The notes beneath the pieces were generated by a model. The model was not told where the DNA came from. It did no database searches and saw only the letters and a program-made list of their open reading frames with translations. A program made the position numbers and the translations under genes. 43,627 nucleotides of DNA from Escherichia phage TheodorHerzl: the sequence record MZ501107, one strand, 5' to 3'. Below, piece after piece: positions 8,590 to 16,937 of this stretch (the stretch's first letter is position 1; every line of letters starts with the position of its first letter).

Positions 8590-9183
8590 GTGGCTGAAGT
8601 CTACTCGTTCGCCGCCACTATTGCTACGTGGGTGGATAAGACGAAGGAGAACAACGACAAGGCGGTGCGGGCGTACGGTATGCAAATACTCGGACGCCTG
8701 ATCGAGATCTCCCCAGTGGGCGACCCGCGCCGATGGAAAATTAACAGGGCTTACGCGCTCGCCCGCCAGCACGCAAACAAGGTGAACGCCGCACAGCGTC
8801 GCAAGAATGGCGGCAAACTGAAGCGCGGTCAGAAGAAGCACGCCAGTGTGCTGGTATCATTCAAAACTAAAAACGGCAACGTCACGTTCCGCCAGCGCGG
8901 CTGGGCCGCGAAGAATTACACCGGGGGGCGCTTCCGGGGGAACTGGCAGGTGACGTTCGACCGCCCGGCTGTTGGCGCTATTGACCGCGTGGACAAGGCC
9001 GGAACGGCAACATTAGCCGCTGGGCGTGAAGTGCTGGCACATTACGATTCGAGTGAATACGGGTCGATCTGGTTTACTAACAACGTGCCATACGCGCAGC
9101 GCCTAGAGTATGGCTGGAGTAAACAAGCGCCCGCGGGGATTGTTCGCGTAGTAGCGGCAGAAATTAATTCGAAGGTGAAATAA
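8590..9183 (+). CDS. neck / tail-completion protein (HK97 gp10-like, putative)
   Basis: 197 aa with GTG start and RBS AAGGGGG. Position between head closure and tail genes. Confidence 0.45.
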   Translation: MAEVYSFAATIATWVDKTKENNDKAVRAYGMQILGRLIEISPVGDPRRWKINRAYALARQHANKVNAAQRRKNGGKLKRGQKKHASVLVSFKTKNGNVTFRQRGWAAKNYTGGRFRGNWQVTFDRPAVGAIDRVDKAGTATLAAGREVLAHYDSSEYGSIWFTNNVPYAQRLEYGWSKQAPAGIVRVVAAEINSKVK

Positions 9184-9605
9184 TGAGCAATACTCTAATC
9201 CGCAAGGCGCTTAACCGCGTGGTAGAAGATTTATCGGTAAGCCTGAGCACCAGCCAGCGACCGATCCTTGTTAACTGGGAGAACGTGCAAGGGGACCACG
9301 CAAACGGCAGCGGTGTCTACCTGGAACCATATCTGCTTCCGGCCCCTACCCAGTTTGTGGGCTTCCAGCAGAAGGGCCGGATCTATGCAGGCGTGTATCA
9401 GATTGCCGTGGTATTTCCTGCGGGCACTGGCACACAGTATGCGAGCGAACTGGCGGACGCCATCGCGACGTCTGACAAGTGGCAGGCCGTAAGGCTTACC
9501 GGCGCTGCGTTCCAGCTTCAAGACGCGCCATACACCAGTTCGGTGATTGAGGATGTTGATCGCGCCCGCATCGTGGTTACAGTACCCTACACCTGTTGCG
9601 CCTGA
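9183..9605 (+). CDS. tail terminator-like protein (putative)
   Basis: 140 aa with ATG overlapping the upstream stop; lies immediately upstream of the major tail protein. Confidence 0.45.
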   Translation: MSNTLIRKALNRVVEDLSVSLSTSQRPILVNWENVQGDHANGSGVYLEPYLLPAPTQFVGFQQKGRIYAGVYQIAVVFPAGTGTQYASELADAIATSDKWQAVRLTGAAFQLQDAPYTSSVIEDVDRARIVVTVPYTCCA

Positions 9606-9665
9606 TTTGGCGCAATTCTGCGCGTGCTGTATCATTAAACCGTATATCTAAACAGGAGCTTTATT

Positions 9666-10391
9666 ATGGGTTATCAACTTCCCAACGGGTCCAGCGTCCA
9701 GATCGGGTCCGTATTAGGCAGCGGCATCGCGGTTACGGCAGCTACCAACGCCGCGGCGTCAATCTCCGATCTTACGCAAGGTTGCGTAATTACCTGCGCG
9801 GCTTTGCATGGTCTGGTTGTTGGCGACGTTGTTATGTTCACTAAAACCCCGTGGGTCCGAGCGCTTAACCGCGCATTCATCGTGGGTAAAGTGGACGCCA
9901 ACGACGTTACGCTGGCGCGCTTCGACACCGAAGACGTCACAAAATACCCGACCGGCGCTTTCAGCGTAGGCACTCCAGGCGAAGTGGTGAAGGTGTCGGG
10001 CTTTATCGACTTCCCTTTCATTACTAACGTTGCCGTGTCTGGTGGCGACCAGCAGACGACTACCTTCCAGCCGTTGCAGGTGAACACCGCAATCAGTCTG
10101 AACACCACGAAAAACCCGTTGGTACAGACTTACACTTTCACCCACGACGAAGAAGACCCGATCCGCCCAATCCTGGAAGACCTGGACGACACACAGAAAA
10201 CCACTGTGATTAAGTTCACGAACCCAGCGGCAGCAAGCGGCAAAGGTGAAATCCGTATTTACCCTGCTAAGGTATCTTTCCAGAAGATTCCGTCCGCTGA
10301 AGTAAACAACGTGGAAACGGTGCAGTCCACTCTGACCATGCAGTCTGATATGGTTATCTACCGTAAGGACCTGGTCGAGGCGTTGTCTTGA
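9666..10391 (+). CDS. major tail (tube) protein
   Basis: 241 aa with RBS AGGAG, followed by a terminator and then the G/GT chaperone genes. Canonical siphovirus order. Confidence 0.7.
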   Translation: MGYQLPNGSSVQIGSVLGSGIAVTAATNAAASISDLTQGCVITCAALHGLVVGDVVMFTKTPWVRALNRAFIVGKVDANDVTLARFDTEDVTKYPTGAFSVGTPGEVVKVSGFIDFPFITNVAVSGGDQQTTTFQPLQVNTAISLNTTKNPLVQTYTFTHDEEDPIRPILEDLDDTQKTTVIKFTNPAAASGKGEIRIYPAKVSFQKIPSAEVNNVETVQSTLTMQSDMVIYRKDLVEALS

Positions 10392-10421
10392 TTTGGTCGC
10401 TTAAATAGCGAGTGTTAATAT

Positions 10422-10448
10422 GGGGCCAGCAAGGCCCCTTTTTTTATT
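10422..10448 (+). terminator. intrinsic terminator after the major tail protein
   Basis: GGGGCC-AGCAA-GGCCCC followed by a run of eight T. Confidence 0.75.
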
Positions 10449-10461
10449 GGAGAATATTACA

Positions 10462-10824
10462 ATGGCTAAAGCACCACTCTTTACACTTGACCCTAAGCCG
10501 ACCTTTAAGCTGCCGATTGAGATCCCGCGCCCTGGTGAGAACGAACCAGGCAAGATGACGTTTACCGTCCGCCACCGCCCTATCGACGAATTTTCGCAGA
10601 CCATGCAGGACACCGAACGCAAGTTGTCGGAGTATGACGACAATGACCCGGACGGCTTTAACGTTATGGTCGAGGCCATCATGCACGTCGCAGAAGGCTG
10701 GAATCTGCCGGACGAATTTAACGCGGAGAACGTCCGCCGCCTGGTGGTCAACTATCCACGCGCGTTCGGTGTGTTCCACACTTCGTACTATCTCGAACTG
10801 ATGGGATTGCGTGAAAAAAACTAA
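10462..10824 (+). CDS. tail assembly chaperone (G-like)
   Basis: 120 aa from ATG 10462. Ends MGLREKN* with a slippery A-run at its 3-prime end; an open -1 frame continues downstream. Confidence 0.75.
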   Translation: MAKAPLFTLDPKPTFKLPIEIPRPGENEPGKMTFTVRHRPIDEFSQTMQDTERKLSEYDDNDPDGFNVMVEAIMHVAEGWNLPDEFNAENVRRLVVNYPRAFGVFHTSYYLELMGLREKN

Positions 10825-11138
10825 TTGAGGCGGCGCGACGCTTTTATGGCCCGCCGCCACCCTCCGAAGATTTAGCCGCAAGTTTATGGGGTGCGACCCC
10901 CGAAGATGTTTGTCCGCCTGTTGCGCTGTGGCCTGACAACGCGAAGATAGTCGCAGTCTTCACAGATTGCGCCACGCAATGGCGCACCGGATTTGGTGGC
11001 GCATACGGCATCGACTACGGCGTGATGGAGTGGTTATTTAAGATGCACGGTATCGAAAACGAGCAGCGCGCGTTTAAAGATATCAAGCTAATGGAACGAA
11101 TCGCGCTTGATGAGATGGCGCAGCAGAACCCCGCATAA
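10462..11138 (+). CDS. tail assembly chaperone GT fusion, produced by -1 frameshift near 10815-10821
   Basis: The -1 frame extension reads LIEAARRFYGPPPPSEDLAASLWGATPEDVCPPVALWPDNAKIVAVFTDCATQWRTGFGG...MAQQNPA and sits where the T-extension is conserved in siphoviruses. Confidence 0.6.
10815..10821 (+). other. programmed -1 ribosomal frameshift site (A AAA AAC)
   Basis: Heptamer A_AAA_AAC spans the last codons of the G-like ORF. The -1 frame (codon starts divisible by 3) stays open to TAA at 11136-11138. Confidence 0.65.
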
Positions 11139-11258
11139 TGAAGCGGGACAGGCGGGACGTCCCGTTTTGTCCCACCCCTGTGAAACTGCATACCTACTCA
11201 CTTCCATTGCATAATATAAAAGCGGGACAGGCGGGACGTCCCGTTTTGTCCCACCCCA
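11136..11258. repeat. direct repeat: two copies of a ~39-bp unit AAGCGGGACAGGCGGGACGTCCCGTTTTGTCCCACCCC spaced ~80 bp
   Basis: The unit appears identically at about 11141-11178 and 11220-11257. Each contains the palindrome GGGACGTCCC flanked by GGGACA and TGTCCC. Confidence 0.85.
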
Positions 11259-11299
11259 CAAAAGTGCATACGTATTCGGTTTTCGTGCATAAAACAAAC

Positions 11300-11400
11300 T
11301 GGACAAAAAGCGGGACAAACACTAGGCGGGACAAAGCGGGACAGCACCCCGTCCCAGCCAGTGCTGCCGCGGTTTTCAGCCGATCGGGACAGCGGGACAG
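11300..11400. repeat. GGGACA iteron block A
   Basis: Repeated GCGGGACA(A/G) units; about 70 bp is nearly identical to 38636-38705. Confidence 0.8.
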
Positions 11401-11405
11401 CACCC

Positions 11406-11453
11406 CAGTCTTTCAGACTAGACGGGGGTCAACGGCCCCCCTCGTCTGAGACT
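11406..11453 (+). repeat. conserved long imperfect hairpin A (copy of 38757-38803)
   Basis: CAGTCTTTCAGACTAGACGGGGGTCAACGG(C5-6)TCGTCTGAGACT followed by GAATAA. Inverted arms TCAGAC/GTCTGA and GGGGG/CCCCC. This copy appears to carry one extra C relative to copy B, judged from the reading frame of the overlapping ORF in the track. Confidence 0.75.
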
Positions 11454-11522
11454 GAATAAGGTTTGTTTTGAAATCGCTGATACAATATCCATCGGCAACT
11501 GCATAAAAAAGGGGACTGCATA

Positions 11523-14165
11523 ATGGCAGATCAGGCAGCAGGCATCACGCTAAAGGCTGATGTTGCACAAATCAGAACGGCAAATACTGTGCTGGACTCC
11601 TTCGCACAGAAATCCGAGAACACAGAAAACAAGGTTAAGAAATTAAACGACACCCTCGGCAAATCCAAAAAGGTGACGAGTGACGCCGCGGGCGGAATGG
11701 AAAAGCTGGCAAACGAATCGCAGCGCGCCGCCGATGGCATGACGAAACAGGAGCGACTCGCCAACAGGTTAGGGATGTCGACTAAAAACCTGGGCTTTGC
11801 CTCGCGTAACGCCGCATTCCAGCTACAGGATATTGCGGTAACGCTTGAGATGGGTATGCCGGTTCACCGCGTCATGCTTCAGCAGTTACCGCAGCTAACT
11901 GGGGCGTTCGGTGGACTGGGTAACACGCTGCGTTATGTTGCGGGCTTCCTCGGCCCAGTAGGGATCGGCCTCGCCGCCGTAACGGCAACGTTAGGCGTGG
12001 GCGTGGCAATTACGTCCCGCGCAGAGAACCAGGTCGCCGCGCTTAACAAGACGCTGGCGCTGTCAGGTAACATTTCCGGCCTGACGGCAAACCAGATCCT
12101 GGTGTTATCCGAGAACGCCGAGCGCATGGGCGGATCATTCCGCAAGACGCGTGACACAATCCAGGCGCTGGCGGCGGCGGGTGTGAAAGCGGGTGGTGAC
12201 TTCGGTGCATTGGCTAAGGTAGTGAATGACTTCGCGAAGGTGTCCAGCCAGCCGATCGAGGATGTGGTCGCGGCGGTGGCGAAGCTGTCTACAGACCCGG
12301 TAGGCGGCTTGCGAGCATTGGCTGATAAGTATCACGTCGTAAACGAAGCGCAGATCCAGCAGGTGCAGTCACTAATGACGGCTGGTCGCGAAACCGAAGC
12401 GGTGGCGCTGGCTAACAAAACAGCCGCGGCGTCGTTTACCACTATGACCAACGATATTAAGTCCAGCATGGGTACGCTTGAGCGGTCGATGAACGTCGTT
12501 ACATCGGCAGCTAAATCTATGTGGGATGCCATCCTGGATGTCGGGCGCGCGCAGTCCTCGAATGAGTCAGAGATGAAAGCGCGTGAATCATTGCAGCGAC
12601 TGACCACGGCTTACTATGCCGAGATGAAAGCGGTAAACGCTGCCGGTGGGGTGATGACCGAAGCGCAGAAAGCACGTATTAACATGCTTTATAGCGAAAT
12701 GGTCGCCCAGGAGAAAGTAGTCGCGTCGCTCACCCTGCGCAACCGTGCAGAGCGTGACAACGCCAACGCCGCGGAACAATCAGCAAAGGCGAACGAGGAG
12801 GCAAACCGCACTGCCCGCGACCGCGCCGCGTTTGAGAAGGAGTACGCAACCAACGCTAAGCGGCGCGCCGACGAGATCGCCCGCCTCAATTTGCTTAATA
12901 AGCGCGGCGTGATTAACGAGAAAGAGCTTGCCGAGGCGGTGAAGCAGGTAAACGAGCGTTACAAAGACCCCGCCCCGAAGAAGGCCGCCGCTGTTCGAGT
13001 CGATGCCGGGCTGAAAATGCTGGAGGTCGCACGGAGCGAACTGGCACAGCTTCGGGAATCAGGCAAGCAGATTGAGGCCAACTCTTCGACGCAGACCCGC
13101 ACGCAACGAGCGCAAGCGGCCCTTAACAAGCTGATTGCCGACAACGAGCAGTTAATCGCCGCGAGCAAAGAAAGGGCGCTGACGGCAGCAGAGAAGCAGC
13201 AATTAGTCGAGTTCGGACGCGTGAAGGAAGTACGTGAGCAGATCGTCGAAGAAGCCAAATTGCTGGACGCGAAAGAGAAGCAGGTCAAGGCGCACGCGCA
13301 GATCGACGCCTTCGTTAAGAACCAGAACGCCGAGCTAAAAGCCACCGCGGCGGGATATGCGCTTTCCACTCGCGAAGCGGCTAACCTGCGCGAAGAATTG
13401 CAGCTAATTGACCGCCTTAAGCGGGTGGGCGCTAGCGATACCGATATTGATCTGGCGGTGTCTAAGCTGCGCGAAGTGCAGGAAGCACAGACCGGTGCTA
13501 ATGCCTCGTTGTGGGATGGCTTCAGCCGCGGGCTTAAGGATAGCGTGGATGAAATGGGTAACTGTTATACGCAGATGGCGTCACTCACAAAATTCACGTT
13601 CGGCGCTATGCAGGACACGATGAACGAGTTTTTCGAGACTGGCAAGCTGAACGCAAAGGATATGGTTAAGTCCATCCTGAGCGAATTAATCAAGCTGGCT
13701 ACATCGCAGGCATTCAAGTCCATCGTTAACGCTTTCGGTGGTGACGGCGGCAAAAACGGATTGTTCGGCGCTATCTTCTCTGGCCTCACTAAGAATGCGG
13801 ACGGCGGAGCGTACGCAGGGGGCAATCTCGCGGCCTATTCGGGGAAAGTGGTAAGCCAGCCTACCTTTTTCAGTTATGGCGTTCAGGCGTTCGCTAAGGG
13901 CGCGGGATTGATGGGCGAGGCTGGACCCGAGGCCATCATGCCACTGAAGCGCGGGCCGGACGGGAAACTGGGCGTTGCCGCGTCTGGAGCAGGCGGAGGT
14001 ATGGTCGTGACGACTAACGTTTACACGGGGTCCGGTAAAACAGATACCAGTGTCAGCGGGCCGGACCCCCGTACCGCGCAGGCGTTCGGCAAGCAAATCA
14101 CCGAAGCGGTGAAGGCCGAGATCGTGAAAGCGACGAAACCGGGTGGTGTACTTTACAAACGATGA
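11523..14165 (+). CDS. tape measure protein
   Basis: 880 aa, largely alpha-helical and Ala/Gln-rich, with Gly-rich hydrophobic segments. Lies after the G/GT genes. Confidence 0.9.
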   Translation: MADQAAGITLKADVAQIRTANTVLDSFAQKSENTENKVKKLNDTLGKSKKVTSDAAGGMEKLANESQRAADGMTKQERLANRLGMSTKNLGFASRNAAFQLQDIAVTLEMGMPVHRVMLQQLPQLTGAFGGLGNTLRYVAGFLGPVGIGLAAVTATLGVGVAITSRAENQVAALNKTLALSGNISGLTANQILVLSENAERMGGSFRKTRDTIQALAAAGVKAGGDFGALAKVVNDFAKVSSQPIEDVVAAVAKLSTDPVGGLRALADKYHVVNEAQIQQVQSLMTAGRETEAVALANKTAAASFTTMTNDIKSSMGTLERSMNVVTSAAKSMWDAILDVGRAQSSNESEMKARESLQRLTTAYYAEMKAVNAAGGVMTEAQKARINMLYSEMVAQEKVVASLTLRNRAERDNANAAEQSAKANEEANRTARDRAAFEKEYATNAKRRADEIARLNLLNKRGVINEKELAEAVKQVNERYKDPAPKKAAAVRVDAGLKMLEVARSELAQLRESGKQIEANSSTQTRTQRAQAALNKLIADNEQLIAASKERALTAAEKQQLVEFGRVKEVREQIVEEAKLLDAKEKQVKAHAQIDAFVKNQNAELKATAAGYALSTREAANLREELQLIDRLKRVGASDTDIDLAVSKLREVQEAQTGANASLWDGFSRGLKDSVDEMGNCYTQMASLTKFTFGAMQDTMNEFFETGKLNAKDMVKSILSELIKLATSQAFKSIVNAFGGDGGKNGLFGAIFSGLTKNADGGAYAGGNLAAYSGKVVSQPTFFSYGVQAFAKGAGLMGEAGPEAIMPLKRGPDGKLGVAASGAGGGMVVTTNVYTGSGKTDTSVSGPDPRTAQAFGKQITEAVKAEIVKATKPGGVLYKR

Positions 14166-14172
14166 TAAAATG

Positions 14173-14201
14173 GCCCTCACATCCATCGTGGGGGCTTTTT
14201 T
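14173..14201 (+). terminator. terminator-like hairpin plus T-run after the tape measure gene
   Basis: GCCCTCAC-ATCCATC-GTGGGGGC followed by six T. Confidence 0.5.
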
Positions 14202-14801
14202 ATGTCACAAGGTACAATCACATTAACTAAGGGGAGTAAGACCGTTACGGGCGCGGGAACGGCGTTCCTTAGCGAGATCGGGAAGGTACGCGTATTTACC
14301 CGCATAGACGGCAACGACTACACCGGCAAAATTGCGGCATTCAACTCGAACACGGTCATTACACTGAAAGATAACTGGGCCGGTCCGACGAAATCCGGTG
14401 CGGCATATGAACTAATCGAAGCACACGACCCGCGGTCAAACGAATGGCCATATTACTGGCACATGCAATTGCAGGGCGGCGGCGACGTGCAGTTAGCTTT
14501 CCGATCCGAGGAATTGCAATTCGGTAATGGTTACGGGCAGAACATCGCGGACGGCCAGAACGCCGAGACGAAACAATTTCCCGTGCAATTCATAGGACTG
14601 ACTACTGACAAGTGGTGCGACCCTAAACTGGTTTACAACTTTCTTCGCGGTCACTTCGTCAAACCGTTTGTCGTCACCGCTCCGGATGGCGAAACAGGTT
14701 TATTCGTGGTCGAGCGTTCGAGCTTGTCGTACACTGACAACGGACACAACACGGCAACGGTATCCGCCACCCTTAAGACAGCTATTGGATTCGTAAGATG
14801 A
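14202..14801 (+). CDS. minor tail protein (M position) with an N-terminal domain shared with the tail fibre
   Basis: 199 aa, first gene after the tape measure. Its N-terminal ~75 aa (MSQGTITLTKGSKTVTGAGTAF...SNTVITL...GPTKSG) align with the N-terminus of the 21655 fibre (MAAGTLSVTNNSKAVVGVGTTF...SNTALTL...GPTATG). Confidence 0.7.
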   Translation: MSQGTITLTKGSKTVTGAGTAFLSEIGKVRVFTRIDGNDYTGKIAAFNSNTVITLKDNWAGPTKSGAAYELIEAHDPRSNEWPYYWHMQLQGGGDVQLAFRSEELQFGNGYGQNIADGQNAETKQFPVQFIGLTTDKWCDPKLVYNFLRGHFVKPFVVTAPDGETGLFVVERSSLSYTDNGHNTATVSATLKTAIGFVR

Positions 14802-15586
14802 ATAAACTATATCGCGAGGCGACGCGCTTTGACCCATCGGGCCGCGTTCGCCTGATTCACATTGACGCTCAGGACGTGGAGCCAGGCGATGGCGCGATCG
14901 GAGCGGGCCACCACTATTTTCACTACTGCTTTATTCCGCACACTGCCGAGGATATTGCCGCCGCAGGCGGTGACGAGGACAAGCTAAAACCTAAATCCAT
15001 CTTCTTCGGCGGGCAGGAGTTCGAATTTTGGCCCTTCGATCTTTCCGGCCTTAACTTCTCCACATCAACGGCAGCAGAACCGCAGCTAACCATCGTTGAT
15101 ATTGGCGGCATAATTACCCGGCTGTCGCTGAATCACGACCAGCTACTGGGCGCGAAGGTTGAAATAATCGACACGTTCGCGAAGTTCCTGGATAACGGGT
15201 CGGATCCAGACCCGACGCAAAAACGTGTCCAGGAGTATTACATCGACTCACAGGTCGGGCGCAATCCGGGCAAGCAAATCACCTTCGCATTATCCTCACC
15301 CGCGGATATGGAGGGGCAAGTAGTTCCCCGCCGCCAAATCATGAATATGTGCGAATGGGCTTTAAATGGGAAGTACGCCAGCGGGGACGGTTGCACCTGG
15401 AACCTTGCGAAGCCAGGTATCAAGTATTACGACGAGCGAGGTAATGAAGTCATCGCGATGAACATGGACCTATGCGGCGGCTGTTTGTCCGACTGTTATC
15501 TTCGATTTGGGCAAGGGCTTGCCGATCCTAAAGCGGCGGTGCTGGACTTCGGCGGCTTTCCGGGGTCGCGATTAATTAAGGGGTAG
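14798..15586 (+). CDS. minor tail protein L-like
   Basis: 262 aa with ATGA overlap to the upstream gene. A C-terminal Cys cluster (C...CGGCLSDC) is consistent with the Fe-S site described for lambda gpL. Confidence 0.8.
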   Translation: MNKLYREATRFDPSGRVRLIHIDAQDVEPGDGAIGAGHHYFHYCFIPHTAEDIAAAGGDEDKLKPKSIFFGGQEFEFWPFDLSGLNFSTSTAAEPQLTIVDIGGIITRLSLNHDQLLGAKVEIIDTFAKFLDNGSDPDPTQKRVQEYYIDSQVGRNPGKQITFALSSPADMEGQVVPRRQIMNMCEWALNGKYASGDGCTWNLAKPGIKYYDERGNEVIAMNMDLCGGCLSDCYLRFGQGLADPKAAVLDFGGFPGSRLIKG

Positions 15587-15588
15587 TC

Positions 15589-16329
15589 ATGTTAACGAAG
15601 AAGGTTAAAAGCGATATCGCCGCACACGTCGCGGCATGTCTGCCGGAAGAAGCCTGCGGCCTGGTTGTCATGGTGGGCCGCAAACAAGTGTTTATCCCGT
15701 GCCCGAACGTCTTCGAAGACCCCACCGGCGCTCGCTCGCGAAAGGACGCGTTTACAATTAGTGATATGGCCTGGATGGATGCCGAGGATATGGGCGACGT
15801 TGTGCGCGTAGTCCACTCGCACCCCGGTCAGCGCGAGCTAACACCGTCATTGGGCGACGTCAACGGATGCAACGGCAGCGGCGTCGTCTGGACCATCACT
15901 AACGAATATGGCGACTTCATCGAGATCGACCCGGAAGACCCGCCGCTGGTAGGACGCCGATTTGTTCTCGGGGTTACGGACTGTTACGGCCTCGTCATGG
16001 CATGGCATAAAAAGCAGGGCGTAAACCTGCCAGACTTCCGCGTACCGTACAACTGGTGGGAGGAAGGCGAAAACCTGTATATGGACAATTGGTATGGCGC
16101 GGGCTTCCGGGAGTGTGCGGAGAATACACCAGGGGCTATGGTCATCATGCAGATTAGCGCGCCAGTTCCTAACCATGCCGGAATCTACCTTCCGGGCAAC
16201 CAACTACTACACCATATCTACGGCAGCCTGTCGAGCGTGATCCCCTTCCGGGCAGGATTTTTCCGCGACAATGTGGTTAAATGGGTACGTCATAAAGACC
16301 TACCGGGGAATATCACAGAATGGCAATGA
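15589..16329 (+). CDS. tail assembly protein K-like (MPN/JAMM plus NlpC/P60-like)
   Basis: 246 aa. HSHPGQRELTPSLGD resembles a JAMM/MPN motif; the C-terminal half contains Cys/His residues as in NlpC/P60 domains. Confidence 0.8.
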   Translation: MLTKKVKSDIAAHVAACLPEEACGLVVMVGRKQVFIPCPNVFEDPTGARSRKDAFTISDMAWMDAEDMGDVVRVVHSHPGQRELTPSLGDVNGCNGSGVVWTITNEYGDFIEIDPEDPPLVGRRFVLGVTDCYGLVMAWHKKQGVNLPDFRVPYNWWEEGENLYMDNWYGAGFRECAENTPGAMVIMQISAPVPNHAGIYLPGNQLLHHIYGSLSSVIPFRAGFFRDNVVKWVRHKDLPGNITEWQ

Positions 16330-16937
16330 CCACATTTAAATTGTACGGCGTCTTAGGACGTCGTTTTGGTAAAGTGCATAAGCTGGACTGCTTCACACCG
16401 GGCGAAGGAATCACCGGCTTGTGTGTGAAGTTGCCAGGGTTACAAGACTTTTTAATGTCAGCCCACCTGGACAACATGATGTTCAAAGTGCGCAAGGGCA
16501 ATCACACCATGACCGGCTACGATGAGCTGGGCGAGTTCCACGGCGACCGCGTAGTGACCATCGCGCCGGTTATGACGGGCGCAAAAAGCGGACTGGGCCA
16601 ATTGCTGGCGGGTGTAGCGATCGTGGTGGCGTCGTTCTATACCGGAGGGCTTGCGACTGCCGCTTTCGGAGCTTCAGCGGCGACCGCGGCATCTATCGGC
16701 GCAGCGACGTTTTCGTTCGGGATGTCGATGGCGCTGGGTGGCGTTATGCAATTGTTATCACCGCAACCGAAGGGATTGCAAACACGGCAGGACGTGGATA
16801 ACAAGGCGTCGTATGCGTTCGGCGGACCGGTAAACACGACCGCGCAAGGTACGGCACTTGGTGTATTATGGGGCGAGCGTGAGATCGGCGGCGCTATTAT
16901 TTCCGCCGGAATCGTAACCGAGGACTTGAACGAATGA
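16320..16937 (+). CDS. tail assembly protein I-like
   Basis: 205 aa with a Gly/Ala-rich hydrophobic C-terminal half, lying between the K-like and J-like genes. Confidence 0.7.
   Translation: MAMTTFKLYGVLGRRFGKVHKLDCFTPGEGITGLCVKLPGLQDFLMSAHLDNMMFKVRKGNHTMTGYDELGEFHGDRVVTIAPVMTGAKSGLGQLLAGVAIVVASFYTGGLATAAFGASAATAASIGAATFSFGMSMALGGVMQLLSPQPKGLQTRQDVDNKASYAFGGPVNTTAQGTALGVLWGEREIGGAIISAGIVTEDLNE

Noticed and set aside
11300-11400. Possible CRISPR array suggested by the short GGGACA repeats
   Set aside because: The repeat units are only 6-9 bp, irregularly spaced, without 25-40 bp repeats separated by unique spacers and without cas genes. These are iteron-type repeats, not CRISPR.
11138-11449. 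103-aa ORF covering the GGGACA repeat region A
   Set aside because: Its translation is Arg/Gly/Thr-rich low complexity generated by the DNA repeats. It shares its C-terminal peptide with the ORF at 38546-38809 only because the underlying DNA is repeated. Treated as non-coding.
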